Origin: Lingula anatina | Lineage: Eukaryota; Animalia; Brachiopoda | Length of the DNA stretch: 64,000 nucleotides | Reading direction: 5' to 3' | NCBI GenBank assembly: GCA_051362555.1 | Contig: CM120649.1 | Coordinates: 17,932,567-17,996,566, forward strand | In this document: positions 25,109-40,636 of the stretch, in pieces | Position numbering within the stretch: position 1 is the stretch's first letter | Layout of the letters: every line of letters begins with the position of its first letter | Notes under the pieces: model-generated | Told to the model about the DNA's origin: nothing | The model's database searches: none | What the model saw: the letters and a program-made list of their open reading frames with translations, nothing else | Made by a program: the position numbers and the translations under genes

Positions 25109-26934
25109 CCAGGCCAAGTTCATCATCGTCATCATCCCAGTCTGTGACACTGACCAGTGAGCTCTTTCCTGTCCCCCCTGGGTTCACTGTGCTAGCAGCT
25201 GGAAATATAGAACATTGTGTTGAGTGAGATCTTGTCGCAATTGTGTTAGGTGAGTTCTTGTCACAATTGTGTTGGGTGAGATCTTGTCACAATTGTGTTG
25301 GGTGAGATCTTGTCATAACTGTGTCAGTGGAGAATAAAAATCACAATTATGTAACATAAATAATTTTTAATAAATATACTATCATAAATACTAAACTTTC
25401 TTTGTGGCAGTACACATAAAGTGATACATTCCTATCTAATAAACTGTTATGTTATGAAAACTAAATCACATTTTCAATAACACTAAAACAAAACAAAACA
25501 TAAATCATCAAAAGAAAATAAAAAAGACACCCTAGATTGTTAAAATAACAATAATAATAATAAAGAGTGCACAGAAAAGGCTGACAGACAAGAGGGTTTG
25601 AACACAATTTTGACATTCACTCAACATAAATAACTTGTGTCAGAGATGGAATAATTCAACTATACTATACAGAATTGTGGTACTCCAAAGGATAAGGTTA
25701 TGAATTAATTCTGCATTGTTATATAAATAAAATATATTGGTTGTGGGTCAATAAACAAAATGTTCTGTTCATGGTTCAAAAACCAAGGTGATGTTATTGT
25801 TTAATAATAATAAAAAACAACTTTTTGGGTTATAAATCATATAAAAGACAGTCCTCAAATTTTATTCAACACAGCACTGCTGGTTGATATTCTATAAACA
25901 AAATCTGTTACTGTCAGACAAACAAAACTCTCTGGGTTATGGTGTAAATCATAATTCTTTCCACTATTATCAACACATCACAGCTAGTGGAGTTTTCTAC
26001 CTGTTCCTGAGTTATCAGTTTCAGAGGCCCCAGATTCTCTCAATGGAACTGATGACGCTGCTGCAATACAGATATGCCTGGCGTATTTCATTGCGATATA
26101 CGTAAACTAAATCAAGTCCCCATACATTACTCTTGGGAATTTTAACTCGGAATTCATATCGAGTCTTTTATCACATCAACCATCATGATGGGGTAATATA
26201 TTTATGTCCCTAAACTGTCAACTACAACCCCCCCCCTAACCCCCACACACACACATTATTTCACTGGCTCCCTCTATATCACACACTGGCTCCCCCTATA
26301 TCACACACTGGCTCCCTCTATATCTCACACTGGCTCCCTTAACATCTCACACTGGCTCCCTCTATATCTCACATTGGCTCCCTCTATACCTCACACTGGC
26401 TCCCTCTACATCTCACACTGGCTCCCTCTATATCTCACACTGGCTCCCCCTATATCTCACCTTTTGAAGAAGAGCCGCCCCAAACACTGGTTCCATATGT
26501 GTTGGTTGAGAAGTCAGTATCTCCATGAGTGCTCAGTTTGCCAGGTTTTCTGGTAGAAAAATACAGTAAAATAATAATTACAGTGAAAATCTTTTTTTTT
26601 TCTTAATTTTTGAATTACAAAAGAAAAAAAATCCCTGTGTGCGCACTCAAAACCATACAGGTATATAACAAATTTTACTCAACATACTGAACGGAAATTT
26701 ATGCTTTAAAATTGTACTTCACATTCAGCTGGATGACGGCATTTCTGTTCCTTTCATTGGAATACAGTCATGTACTTTTGGTTTATGAAGCCCTGTGCAT
26801 ACACTTACTTTTGTTTGGCTTTAGTTTCCTGCGGCGACTCTCCCAGTGAGGAAGAGATAGAAAATGTATCCCCACTCTCCTCTCCATCCTCCATCTGGAG
26901 AAAAATATCACCATATAATAATAATAATAATAAC

Positions 26935-26973
<39 letters not shown>

Positions 26974-29900
26974 TTACATGGATCAAAAATTTATATGGTG
27001 CATTCCATTAAAATCTCAATGTACCTTGCAGATTAAAGTCATAATAACTCTTCATTTTGGCCAAAAATTGGATTTTCCTGGAGTAAACGGCAATTTTCCC
27101 GTACTTACCAATGGTCAGCGACCCCATTCCTGCATTCAAAGTTAATCCAGGGTTTTTTTCCTAAACGTACGGTTTTTTGTTAAAATCTCTTAAGAGATTT
27201 TAACTGACGGAGCTCTCTCTGACATCGCATAGTCACTGTTGACCTACTTAAAACCGCGGGAAAAGCAGACAACAACAACACTATATAAGATTCATGAGAT
27301 ATATTCGTCTTTTTGTTAAAAATACATAATATCCACAATGTGTGCCGTTCTGGGCTTTTTGTTATCCGACGCACTGTACAAAAACTCGCAACTTACGTCT
27401 GCGTCCGCATTAATGCGTTTGGCGCCATATGTTATTTTGGTCTCGAATGAACGCGAGAATCCGCGTGACACCATTACGTCATTAGCAACGAATGCCTTGA
27501 TGAAAGCTTCGAAAGCCCTATTGACAAGCACAGATTTTAGTTTTACTACAATAACGGCCGTTTTAGTGGTAAAATACAATAGAATATATTTCCATGCGTT
27601 GTTTACAATGTATTTCATGCGGAATTTTGAATCTCAAAGGAAGAGTTATTATTGCTTTAAGAGATACAGAAAATTTACAAATTGCTTATCAAGAGTCTAA
27701 AGTCCATCAGACTTGAAGTAAATGCAGTAGGGCATGAAAATTACTAATGTCTTTGCAGCAGTCAATTATTACAAAACAAGTAAAGATACTCCACATTATA
27801 ACAAATACATAGGTGGTGATATATCTAATGTTATCATGAAATAACTTAATTCACCAGTGTCTATACTACCAAAAGGTTGTTTACTTTGCTTTATGCCATA
27901 AACAATTTGAACAGCATTAAGCTTCTTTTTTAAAATTAATTAGGAACAGTGTGTCTTAATACATGCTGACATACAGATATGCATTCTTCATGTTAGTTAA
28001 TTCATAATATTACTATCAGTGTCCAGTCAAGGCATCTGTCAGTGACATTAATATGTTTTGGATTGATAAGATGAAAATATTTTCTCCACTCTACATCCAA
28101 AACACACTCACATTCAAGGACATGCTTTGAAAATTTGGAATATATTTTCAGACTAGAAGCCGATTTTTTCCCAGTCAAAATAAAAATTAAGCCTGTGAAA
28201 AGCAGAAAATGGTAAACACATTACGAACCATTTTTCATTTTTTCTTTTCTTTTGGCATATCAAATCATCTCCTGCATCTGCAGATGAATATTCATTTACA
28301 AACAGCTTCAATAGCTAAACCTGCATCTGTATTAGTCTGTATTAAGGCAGTGTCAACCTGACCCAACACACCTGTGGTATATCTGGCGTTACAGGACTGC
28401 TGACATCTCGCGCTGTGGGCACCTCTAGCTCATTACCACCACCGCCACCACCACCAGTGACACCACCACCACTTACATTAAGATCCACAGCACCGGCCGG
28501 CTTCTTTGCTTTACGCCCCTATAATAATTATAAGCCTGAGTCATGCAGGGGATCGTGCAGAGTGGTTAGAATAGGAGGATAAATTTATTATATTAAAAAA
28601 AAAAAAAAAAAAAAAAACGTGCAGATGTTTTTTAAATTATTGCATTGGTTATAAAATTGAATTTTTTCAGTTGATGTAACCGTGTTTTCACCGCCACCAA
28701 TGCTGAATGAGTAAATTAATGAAAGATGGAGGGAACAAACAAACAAAAAGCACAATCAGTTGAATTATTTAGGTTGAAAAATGAATACAGGCAAAAGAAA
28801 AAAAAAGAAAGTAAAAAGCCAGCACTTACAGACAGCTGTGACTCTATGGACCTGGCTAGGTTGGCCACTATACTGCCCTTGGGCTGTGGGGCTTGGCCTG
28901 TCTTGGCTGGGGAGCTGCCTGTCTTGGCCGGTGTCCCCCTCACATGGCTGGGGCTGATCTCATCCAGGTCACTGAATGAAGCACCAAATATTACTCAACA
29001 ACAAGAGCTTCTGTCAAATGTGTCAAATTATTCAACATGGATTATTGTCAAAAAACAAGGGTCTTCAAATGCTTTTTCTACTCAAAATTGGTTAAAGTTT
29101 TTTTAATAATGGCTGTTTATTTTCTTCTTTGCTCAAGTCCAAACTATACCTGATTTCATCAGAGTCCCAGTCATCATCCTCATCTATCACTTCAGGCTCC
29201 CTGGCAGGGACAGGGGGCGGGACTTGCTGACCTTTGACCTGACCTTGACCTCCTATTGGCCTCTGACTAGGCTTAATGTCCTCATCTTCTTCCTCCTCCT
29301 CTGACTCTTCATCCTCTGAGATTTCGTCAGAGTCCCACTTGCTGCTAGCGGCCTGTTGGGACCTGTTGATTACAAAGCTCATGTCAACAATGCATCAGAG
29401 TTGTCTGCTAATTTTATTCAAAAGCAACTGCCACAATTTTACATCAGGCTGCTGCTGCCATATTTACTACAACTGCCTGTCATCACACATATAGTATCTA
29501 TTCATCTTAAACCAGACTTTTAAAACAGATGCCTAATCAAGGAGCCACAGATGGGAGAGTGATCCTATTTTTATAACATCTGTTGGCATATTTCAAAGCC
29601 ATAAAATTATATTATAGCTATAGTTGAAGGGTAAGTTTGTCCTCCATCAGTTTCAATAACTACAAAATCAGACAAAAACGAGCTGTTGTAGACTTAAAAT
29701 TTACTACTGTACTCACCCAGTGGAAGACAGAGTATTGGAGGCATTCAGGGAGGGTTTGGTGGGGCTGGGGGTCCTGGGGGCTGGTTTGGGGGGCTGCTTC
29801 CCGCTCACATTGGTCTGATGCCTCGGCTTTTGTTGTTTCTGCGGTGTGGACTGAGCGCCTCCGCGGCTTTTCTTTGGTATTGGTGTGGCATAGACTGGCT

Positions 29901-32900
29901 CTGCTGGACGCTTGACGGAGCTGGCATCGTCGCCTGATAATGAAGAGAAATAATATATATGAATGATTAAACTTTGTTTCATTAATGAATGATTAAAAAA
30001 CTACAAGTTAATTTCAAACTCATAGCTGACACAGATGGTGAAATGTTGTCAGATGGCTACAATTTGTTAATTTAAAATGAAAATTTACTTTAAAAAGCTC
30101 ACTCAATCATCTTGACATTAAAAGCAAAATTCTGCAAAGAGTGAATGTTCTTTACCTTTTCTTCTTATTTCACAATAAACCTACACGTTTAAGTTACCTC
30201 AAAGTAACAGTGAAAAGTAAAATATTCTCTTAATCCTTAGTTTTTGTACCCTCTCTACAACCTCTTATTTCTATCAGAGATGAAAGTAGACCTTTAAAAA
30301 ATATTGAAAATTCCAGCTCTGAAGGTTATATGAGGGTCCTGGCTGCATAAATATAACACACAAATGTCCTCCTTTTACCCTATCCACTTAATGGTCACTA
30401 AAGCATATTTGTCAATTTATTTTCTCCTCTATCTTCAACCTTCTCAGGTGAAAGGAGCATGTTTAATCAGGTATATTTGTCCGTCTATTTTGTCAGATTC
30501 TCACCTCCAGATCTGGCTCCTTTCCTTCCCCCTCTCAGCCTCTCTTTGGCCATGTCATCAACTTTGTTGATATATTGCTGCCTTATGTCATAGAAAGTGG
30601 GGTATTTCTGAAGCATAAAGATAGCTTATAATTAAATACAAGTGTAATGCAATCTATGTTTTACAGTATTCATAGTACAACACTGAAAAAAGTAAACTTT
30701 ACCTTAGAGTGATTAGTATGTGGGATATAAAAAAAACTTTAGACCAACATAAGTTTTAGCTTTAAATTAACAAATTTTGAATGGCTGTTTCAAAATTATT
30801 CAATGTATTTTCTTTTAGATATTGTAAAACATATACAAATCAGTATCTCTGCTAATTCTCTTTGAAATGTCAATTATTGGAATTAATTTTGAAATTATAA
30901 TTTTTTCTATGATTGTGCCACTTTAATTAAAAGGTCCTTAATAGTAATATTATTATAAACTTAAGTAAGACACAAAATGTGAACATGTTAAACACAATTG
31001 TAATACAACAGTGAAAATCAGCAAGTGTTTAAATCCAACAAATAATTGTAAAGTCAAATAGGAAAAAAAAAATCAGATAACTTCCAACATTTCCCCTCTT
31101 TATATACCTTTCTTTTGCTGACAATTCTACTGCGATCTATAAACTACAAATATTAAATGTACTTACACATTAAAACAAGAAGATTCTGAAACTGAAGCTC
31201 ATTAACAGAAGGCACATTCATGGTGAGAAATGCAAAAACCAATTTTCTTATCCAATTTAATCCACTTCCTTTCAATCAAAACATCTCCTGTATAGTGGTC
31301 AGGTAGTTTAGTGCTGTATTGGTGACTATCTGACCTACGACATCAATTAAAACTGTACAAGAACTGGTTCATGTTCTTCAATGTCAAAACACCTATGACA
31401 GGCAAATGGGAAAAACAACCACCAAGAAGAACATTTACCTTTGCTTTTTGCTGCCTTTCATTTTTTAACATCCCCATCTTGCTGTTATACTGAGCATTAC
31501 TAATACCTTGGGCATTCTACAACAGAAAATAACACCATTTTATCATACTGGTTTAAAACAAACGTAAGGAAAATTAACTGATCACTAATTTTAAAGGTTA
31601 TGTATTATCCTTTTTTTTTTAAATAAATAAAAATTTAAGCTCAAGTGTAGGCTCTTCCTACAATGAACCAAACAAGGAGCATTTAGGTTTTTCCTGTTCT
31701 CTTGAGTAATGACAGTAAGAAAGTGTTAAAGATGATTGTGTCATAGAAAAATACTTAGTGCCTTCAGAATGTGCTATTGGTCTGAGTAATATCAGAAACA
31801 CTGAAACAGTAAATACAATCATCTTGTTCATCTTTGTTGAACATGATGTAACTAGACAGACCACGCTGATATAAACGAAAAAAAAAAAATAGTGGTCAAC
31901 TGTTAGTCAAGAATAGGTTCTGTAACAAAAAATAAATAAATAAATGATTAAATAAAAAAATAAATAAAAAAAAAATTATTTACTGGTGATATGCCTCTCT
32001 TTTCCAGCTCCTCATCCAGCAGGTGTCTCAACTCTTCTTTCATCGGCCCCAAGATGGCGGGATTCTTCACCAGCTCTCTCTTCAGCCGCTTCAGACTGGT
32101 GCCGGTCATAGTGAGGTCACCACTGGTGCTGCTACCAAACAGATACAATGTTATCAAATGTTTCTTTTTTTTTTGTTGGTTTATTATGGGAGAATACTAT
32201 GATATGAAATACTAGGTGTCATTACTGAAGCAGTTTATACACACAAAGCTGGGGGGGGGGGGAGATAAAAAATGCAGCCTCCCTCCTTAATCTGCCTTGA
32301 CAGCTTGATAACTCTGAATACTGTCAATGTTCACATGACTAATATTCTTCTCATGAAGAACTCCCTAAAATGATAATGTATCACCTCAATTTTACCTACA
32401 CCAATATGACAGTAACGATCCCACATAGAAACATGACTGTCAGGAGTTAGCACTTACCCCAGTGTGTCCTTACCGCCGGCTCCCAAGTCTGACACTTTCA
32501 GATCTGGTAAAGAGAGGGAACTGTGTTGTTAAAATGAAGGATTAGTTATATAAATCGAGGGGAGGATTATCTGCAGTGTCCACATGAAACATGTCCAACT
32601 TCTCTTTAAAACCAACACATTCATTGTATGCTTTATGATATACTATATTATTAAACCTAGCCATTTAACTGTCATGTTTTATTATTTAAAGATAATCATT
32701 GTCTCAGAAGCCAGAAGTCAAATCAAGTACACCCCGAGTTTCAGATACAAGAGAGGTCAACACCTTCATTTTCAAATGTCCACATATGAGATAGAATTTG
32801 CAATCAGGGAAATAAATACTGGATCTTGTTTTTTATTTCGGCATTTCATGGTACCTGACTCTATCCAGGTCACATTACCTGAGCTCTCTTCGGTCTCCGT

Positions 32901-35900
32901 CTCCTCCTCCTCTTCCTCCTCCTCCGTGGCAGGTGTCTCCATTATCTGTGGCACAGGTGCTCTCTTACTGGGGCTCTTAGAGGGGCTCCCTGTGCGCTCT
33001 CCAGCAGGGGGCTTTCTGGGGGCCACAGTGGGCTATACAAGAATAACCAAATAATATATGGATTAAGTGTGGTAACAAGTATAAGGGCTCTCAAATGCAG
33101 ACTGATTTATGACATCAAGATCAGGATTGTTATTGCTGTATCTACAGGGAGATAGAGACAATCAATTCCAGACTGTCTCGTGATCTCCATTTCGTAATAA
33201 TTTTTACAGCAACAAGAAGACAGAAATTAAGCCCTGTACTTACAGATCTACTAGTATCTCCTACGAAAATCTCCTACTACAAGAAGACGACATTGGAACA
33301 CAGACTTACAGGTCTACTGGCCAGCTGCTCTATTTCCTGCTGCTGTCTCTGGATTTCCTTCTCTCTTTGTTTGAGAAGTCTGTCCTTCTCCTTCTGGGCC
33401 TGCTTCATCTCTCTGGATTGCTGAAAGGATTGAGAGATTAAATCAGACACATAGCTACACAGAAGAAATTTTCCTGGTTATATTCATGTTGGCAAAGTTT
33501 TTTTCTTCAAAAAATTAGTGATTCATTAAGTTATTGCTCTTTTACCTTATTATAACCCCCCCCCCAAAAAAAAAAAAAATCAACAAGAATTACATAAAAT
33601 ACACAGTATAACACAGTACAAACATTCCACCACGCACATATAATAACATAATGGTCTCATACACTTACATTCCTGAGCTCTGTGATCTCTTTCTGATAGC
33701 TATTCATATCCTGGCCCTTGGACTCGCGCTCTCGACTCAGGTCCGTCTCTACGTCACGTAGCTGTCCTCGCAGCTAAAATGTTAAGTAATGCGATGTCAC
33801 AATATTACATAATGTATATGTCAGTATCTTTTATGTCCTCCTACACAGCCGGCTACAGGGCTGAGGCAAATACACTGATGGTGACTGACAAGTTTCAAAC
33901 TGTTTTCCTTTCGGTGATGAGAACAGAATCCAATTTTCATATTAAAACTGACTATTACAGTACTATAAATGATAATGAAGAGCAGTATTCAAGAGGAAAT
34001 TGCAGTGGAAAGAAAAGAAGATTATTTATTAACTGATAACATCATCACATATCAAATACTTAAAATAAGTAAGAAATGATAGAAAAAAAATAATGAGCCA
34101 ATCTCATTTCATTTTTACCATATACCACTGAAAACTACCACCAAAGACTGTTGGTTACATGAACCAAAGAAGAAAAAAAAATCCCAATACCAGATTGCTC
34201 CTTTACCATGGGATGCTTTTTCCTGACACATCACCAAAGTAACTAATTTTTATAAATATGCATATATGATTGATGTGGTACAATATGGCCACTGGTGATC
34301 TAACAGTAATAAATGGGTCATTACCTAGTAAGATCCGTTTTAGAATATGTGCTCTGGGTGGGGACTGGGGCATTTAAGCGGAACAATGTGAGTCTGGCCA
34401 TAAAAGGGTTGGTTTCAGAATGTCCCAAGGTATAAGTTTTTATGGTGTCCTTTTGGCCCAAAACCCAGTTGAGGGGGAGGGGAGATAAACCTTAAACAGA
34501 TCCATTTTCAAAGGTTATTCTTTTCAGGTGACCATCTACCTTTTTTTAGTTTGATCTGAATGGTTTGGTGGGTGCTGGTTGAAGGTTAAATAAACACGAC
34601 TACATCCATATCAGAACCATTCAAAGTACACCATTCTAATTTTTACCAGCTATTACATGTTCACATCTGCTCTCAATAATACATACTTTACTATTTGTTA
34701 AAACAATGTCTGTGTCTTCTCAACATTTATTTTACAAATAAATTATTAAAGGGCTGAAGTTTTCAACATGCTGCATTCTCTAGCATACACCATGCTACAT
34801 CCACTTCCACTGGTTCAAGAATTCAAACTAAAAACATACTTTTTAACCATTCTAACATAACATCCAGTCTTAAACTTTTTTTAAACATTAAAAAATTGTA
34901 AAGTACAGATCTATTCAAACATGCTTTGTGACTTAAAATGTAAATAAAATACATTTATAAGAAAAAAAACAACATTTTGTCTTGTGGAGGGAGGGTTGAC
35001 TGAAAGAAAATAATTAAGGAATTGGAATCTTTTTTTTTTTTTCACCAAACACCAAGTTAAGCCCTAGTTTACCATCTTCCATAAAAATAAATAAATAAAT
35101 AAATAAATGACCAGTAGACCCCATCCTATTTTCTCCACCAGATGGAGGCAGTTACCTGATGTACTTTACGCTGCTTATCTCGAGCATTTTCCAGTCTCTT
35201 TAGTAGCTTGGAGGATAAAAGTCAAGTTTATTTCACACAAAAATAGTATTAAAGAGCAAAGTGGAAATCTGACTAAAACAGCCTCTTTCTTTTCTGCTGC
35301 AGTAGCAGAAATGATGTGCAAGAGATATCTATATGATATAGATAATATCTAAAAATGTTGAAGACTTAGAAGGTAACTTGAAGGGGTAAATAAGCTTAAT
35401 TTTAATTAGTGACTTTTATGTGATTATAAAATATATTGCTGCCTGAAGAAAGTTTGAAAATAGAAGGATTATGCAATCATGCTTCAGCCTTCAAGTTACC
35501 CATCTCTTCTCTGTGAAGATGAAAGAATGTATTTAATAATAAAGCAGTAATAATTACTGCCAACAATAGAGACAGAATGGTGCAAAAGTTACAGCTTGAA
35601 ACTGGTGAGTTAAAAGTGTGCGTCTTCTAAGGCAAAAGATATTCAAACAAGTCTAGAAGCTCTAATATTAGAATTGACACAGAGACACTTCTGAAAGCTT
35701 ACGCTGATCTAACAAAGCTACTATAAAAAATGTTGGTGGCAGTGCAATGTCAGAATAAGAGTTTGAAGATATGATTTTTCGATACAATTTTTGACATTTT
35801 GAAAGTGGACAGTGGTACCTTTTCAACTTTCTTCTCCTTCACTCCTTCCTTCCTTACCTGTTTTATCTTCTCTTTGTATTGTCTTTCATATTCTGCCCTC

Positions 35901-38900
35901 TCCGTTGCTGCCTTCTCTTCTCTCTGCCTGTCCCTATTTTTGAACTGTTCAAGCTGAAAATAAAATGACTTAAAAATAAAAATATTCAAAGCAACTGAAA
36001 GCAAATATGATAAATTTGGCAACAGTGTTGTATGGCACATGAAAGGTTTGAGTCACAGTTTAAGTTTTTAGTGATTCTATTTGTTAGATATTACTCAACC
36101 CAGATAAGAAAATGTGCAGTTTTTTTATTATTACACCTATAATGCGTGACAATGTGACATCTGAAACTACAAAAATATTAATGTTGGATATGGTATCACC
36201 TTCTCACTATCCATGTTATCCTTACATTCACTTTTATTTCACAGAACTTTTACCTCCTCCTCTCGTTTTGCCTCATTCTCTCGTAACTCCTTCCTCAGAT
36301 TTTCAATCTCTTCCTCATCGTACATTGTCCCAAGATTGGAAGGTTTGCTACGCTGGGAAGCTAAAATTCAGATAATTTACTAATACAGAAGTGTTGTAGA
36401 AGCAGTCAACTAAAATACACCCTCTCTGTTGTTTAAAACAATTATCATGCTGTCCCACTGCATCCCAATAATGTAACTTTACTGACGTCTTTTGGCCTCC
36501 AAAAATCTGTTTCATCAATTTACATACCATGACAAGAAATTGGTGCACAGCTATGAACAGCGTATAAACAATATCTCAAACAACACATCTGCTTCACTGC
36601 AATGCCTAAAACACCATATGCATCTACTCTACGTCCACGTACCATCAAGCCTAGACTTCTCCAGCTCTTTATGCGTGGCTTTCAGTTCAGCCATAAACTC
36701 TGCCTGCATGTTGTCCATCCTGTTCTTGTAGTCAGTTTCCAGCTCCTCTCTCAGAGATTGCAACTCCTGCTGGTGCTGCCTCTCTCTATGTTCCCATTCT
36801 TCTTTCTCCTGGATGCAAAAAACAGTGTATTATCATTACAAAGCGTGTATTATCTTTACATAATAGCAAGGCTTTTCTCCACAGAGCCGTCCAGCCATCA
36901 TTAGGCTGGCCACTGGCCTCAAAAGATGACTTCTATTTCCAAAGACAGCTGGTTATGGCTTACAAAATTTTGGGTTGGTTGGTTGGCCTTGCTTAGGTTG
37001 GACTCCTTGTAAATTGGTATCCACAACATTTTTTTTTACTCCACAATTAGCTTACTGGACTTTCTGAAATGTGAATATCTTTAGTTCAGCAACAATAGAA
37101 ACTTTCTCCTTTGTTAAGTGTGTTGTCATTGATGATTTTAATAATTATATTGATACCTAAAATAATATAATGGTTAGCAAATGATGACAACAGTGATGTA
37201 TATATAAACTTAAAACTTTGATCAAATCTACGGACTAAATCAAATACAGTCTGTTCCGCAAGACACTCAAGGCAAGATAAAGAAGCACTGGGCTACTAAG
37301 AATATTTTCCTTCTGTATAACACAGACCCACTTTCAGACTGCAAATAATGCCAATAAAGTAGGATAACATTAGGTGTACTGGTAAACATACTATGACCCA
37401 TACCTTTACTGAGAATCCTTTCAGAGCATTTCTCTCCTCCTGAAGCTGAGATTCAGTCAGTCTCAGCCTCTCTCTGATCTCACTCAGTTCTCTCTCCAGC
37501 ACCCCATTGGTGAGATTCTGCTGCTGAGCCAATTGTGCTGATTGCGTTTGTTGAGACAGATATTGCTGTGGTTGAGATTGTGCTGGTTGTGACAGGCCAA
37601 ACTGGCTGACCTGCTCAGTGTGTTTCCTGTACAGGTGAGACTGCAGGAAGGTGGGGTTGATGAAGGCCTTCACACAGTATGGGCACTAAAAAAACATTAA
37701 TTATTATGTTTAAAAAATCTTTTAAGTCTACCAGTTGTTTTGGAACACCAGCATATTCCATTCTACTGGACCACATCAAAAACAGTGACCAGTAACTGAT
37801 CAAATTTCCAGAATTTTCCAGATATGGTTAATATATAGTTACTGTTTTCATATTATACTTAAAACTACTTATACCTACAGCTGTGTGATGCAAATGAAAT
37901 TGAAGAACACCTTTACAGGTAAATCTCAAATTAATGTTCCTATGGGCATCATACAGCCATTTTCAGTCACTCAGTACCTTATTATAGCTGCCCGCTCCTG
38001 ACTGCAGCATCTGTTGCTGGGCAGCCAGCAGTTTCTTCCTCTTGTGACTTTCTTTCTTCACCTCAACCAGCTCCTTCTTCTGCTTCTCCACCTCTTTTTT
38101 GGTCTCACCGTGTTCCTGTATCAAGTTGAAAACATAAACTTAGAACCTATTTCATATTGAGGAAAATACATATTAACTCAACAACTGGCTCACTTTGAGA
38201 GGTTAACAACTTAACAGCCTTGCTTTTACATAAAAGATTTACCTAAAAAGAGCTCCCGCACTCGAGACAAGAAGTCTATTCATTTATAAACTTCAGGAAG
38301 TGCATGAACATGTATAGAAATTGTGAAAGAGAGTACAGCCTCTACATATTGCATTGAAGATTTCTGTACTAGTAAGGTTCATTATATCAAATTATTTAAT
38401 TCAAAAATGTTTGGCATTTTTTCATGTGTACTTCATAAGGGAAAATAAATAAATAAACAAATAAATAAATAAACACAACAAGACCCTTCTCTCACCTCTA
38501 CGGCTTTGCGCAGTTTTTCTTCAAGAGTTGCCACACAATCAGAAAGATAATCTTGTGAATGCTACGAAAATATAAAATAAACATTCCGTGAAGACACTAA
38601 ATAAGAATATTAACCACTGCATTATCTCAAGATAAACATGTATTCTGACAGGACAACATCACTGCAAATTTACAAAAGAGAAGTTATTCTTAAACACATA
38701 AGTGAGAATTTCTTTCCTTGAATCTTCCTCTTCACCTACCAATAAGTACTCTATTGTTAGCTGGGCAAGTTTGAAAAGCTTGATGAAATTGGCATCTATC
38801 AAACGGATATCCTGGAATTGGAAAATGACAAAATATAACTGCTAAAATATACATCAAAGATTTATTATATACATAACAATACATAAGTGTGGGTAAAAAG

Positions 38901-39843
38901 AATGCATTATACCATTTCCATTACGTTAAAATCTTAAATCAACACAGTTTATTCAGCTATCTCACATTTTAAACACATTTTTCTGGACTGAATCTGTACA
39001 GTGTAATCTTAGGCACTGTTATCTTTCATCTTTTTTCAATTTTTTTATCTTGAAACCTTACCACCTCGGACTCTATGTTACAAAATGTGATGTTCATGAT
39101 GTTTTCCTGAAGGGCAGTGAAGTCCAGTTCTCTTGAAATTCTGTCCACATCCAGGGCAGCTGAAAGTGAAAGTGAAGGTACACTGACTGTCAAGTAGACC
39201 ATTTAGTTAAGCGACAAACTAACAAGCCAATAAACAGAAAAGAACCTGTGGCAAAAAAGGACTTGTTTTGCAGACTGTTATAAGCAGATTAAATCCATGA
39301 CCTCCAGACCTACCTGGCTGAGCTGTAGGTACAGACACATGAAATTGCAGCCTACAAATTACTAAAGTTAGACATTGAACTTAAGTTAACCAAGGACCAT
39401 CCTGTTACTTTTGTTCTAAACTGTTAAAAACCTACATTGTGTTTTCCTCCTTACTTATTCCAGGAAATAAAACATTTGCATTTTCTTTATAAATACACAA
39501 CAGTAGACTAATAGTGTGAATATTACAATCAAAATATTATAAAAAATATTTTTCCATCCCTAAAGATCAAATCCAAAACCAATGAATGAGGCCTGCACAT
39601 TTGTAACCATAGTTAAAATTTATTTTTAAAAAGTTCCATCCTCACAAATTCCTTAAACTCTTAAAAACGTGGCTCACCAACTCTCCTCCAATCCACCCTC
39701 TCAAACCTCTTCCTGAATGTCAAGTTTCTTCCATTGCCGCTGTTCACATACCCCCCTCCCTGCACTGGCCCATTGCTATATGGCCCATTCATGTGGGGGC
39801 TGTAAGGGATCCTCTGATCTTGTGCTGTTAAAGATGCCATCAT
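25098..39843 (-). CDS. DZIP1: Cilium assembly protein DZIP1/DZIP1L (iguana) homologue, about 24-25 coding exons
   Basis: Exons 39843-39678, 39159-39062 and 38811-38740 encode the Dzip N-terminal domain ([43 protein letters not shown]...FIKLFKLAQLTIEYLL). Exon 37685-37404 has a C2H2 finger CPYCVKAFINPTFLQSHLYRKH. Coiled-coil and acidic exons follow; 26549-26461 encodes TYGTSVWG; last exon 25198-25098 ends SLVSVTDWDDDDDELGLDDL*. Some internal exon borders were not fully resolved. Confidence 0.9.
26263..26460. repeat. 22-bp minisatellite (about 9 copies) starting at a DZIP1 splice donor
   Basis: Unit cactggctccctctatatctca; on the minus strand it reads gtgagatatagagggagccagt and starts at the AAG|GTGAGA donor at 26460. 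Confidence 0.9.
27037..27656. mobile_element. TTAA-flanked non-autonomous DNA transposon (Kolobok-like MITE)
   Basis: TTAA on both sides; TIR agtcataataactcttc versus agcaataataactcttc (15/17); left arm homologous to the 41527 copy. Confidence 0.75.
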
Positions 39844-40431
39844 CTGGAATATAAGGCTGTAATACTAGTACTTCAAAGACAAGACCTTTGTGTATTAAAA
39901 AGAAACATAAAATTGCATTTTAAATATTTGTCCTCTTGGTGTCCCAAATTAGCTTCCTTTTTTCATTCAAATGCATTCCATAGGCTTCTTTTCTTAATTG
40001 AAACAGAATTTAATGTTATCAATTGTGCTTTTGTGTTCAAATGAACCCAAATTTCATTTAGATAAATATATTGCACCTCCAAACAATCTCGATTGCAAAT
40101 CATAAATTGGATTTCATGAGTCATATTTCTTAAAATCTTAAAATCTCAAGTTGATACCGTGATACGCAATCGCTGCAGTGGCACCTGCACGCCCCTATTT
40201 TCATGCAATTAAATCTTGATTCAGACTCAGTGATGTCTTAATCAGAAGTGTAAGGCAAACGATATGATAATTGAGAGAGAGAAAGAGAGAGAAAAAAAAG
40301 AGAGATCATTCAGGAAATTAAAGCAAACAAACTTACCAAATATTGGCATTGACTTTCATTCAAAAAGCACTTAATCCCATGAAATACTTGTTGATCATTA
40401 TCAGCTTGTCAAAATATTCGCCACCATGTTT

Positions 40432-40446
40432 GTTTCTGTTGGAGAC
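40432..40446 (-). promoter_or_regulatory. Candidate RFX X-box next to a forkhead-like site in the DZIP1 5' region
   Basis: GTCTCC-aac-AGAAAC on the minus strand, overlapping TGTTTGT; upstream of a putative 5'UTR exon with a donor near 40335. Confidence 0.35.
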
Positions 40447-40636
40447 CTCGCTTTCACATTCAAGACAGCCTTGCAATTTTATGGATTAACCAAACAAAAA
40501 AGCAGCGTATTTGGATCTTAGTCCAGACCAATAACCATAAATCAAAAAGGGCATAAAGCTTGCGTGTTGGGAATATGATATTAGGTGGTGTTTAGAACAT
40601 CATTTAACCAAGACACACTACGTGTACAAAATTGAC

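Noticed and set aside
26783-27145. Poly-Y, poly-I and poly-N ORFs
   Set aside because: Translations of an intronic (AAT)n microsatellite.
33244-33273. Possible 30-nt in-frame DZIP1 microexon with a duplicated donor (agtagatct|gtaagt)
   Set aside because: Upstream intron would be only 36 nt and read-through hits TAG; more likely a local duplication of the donor.
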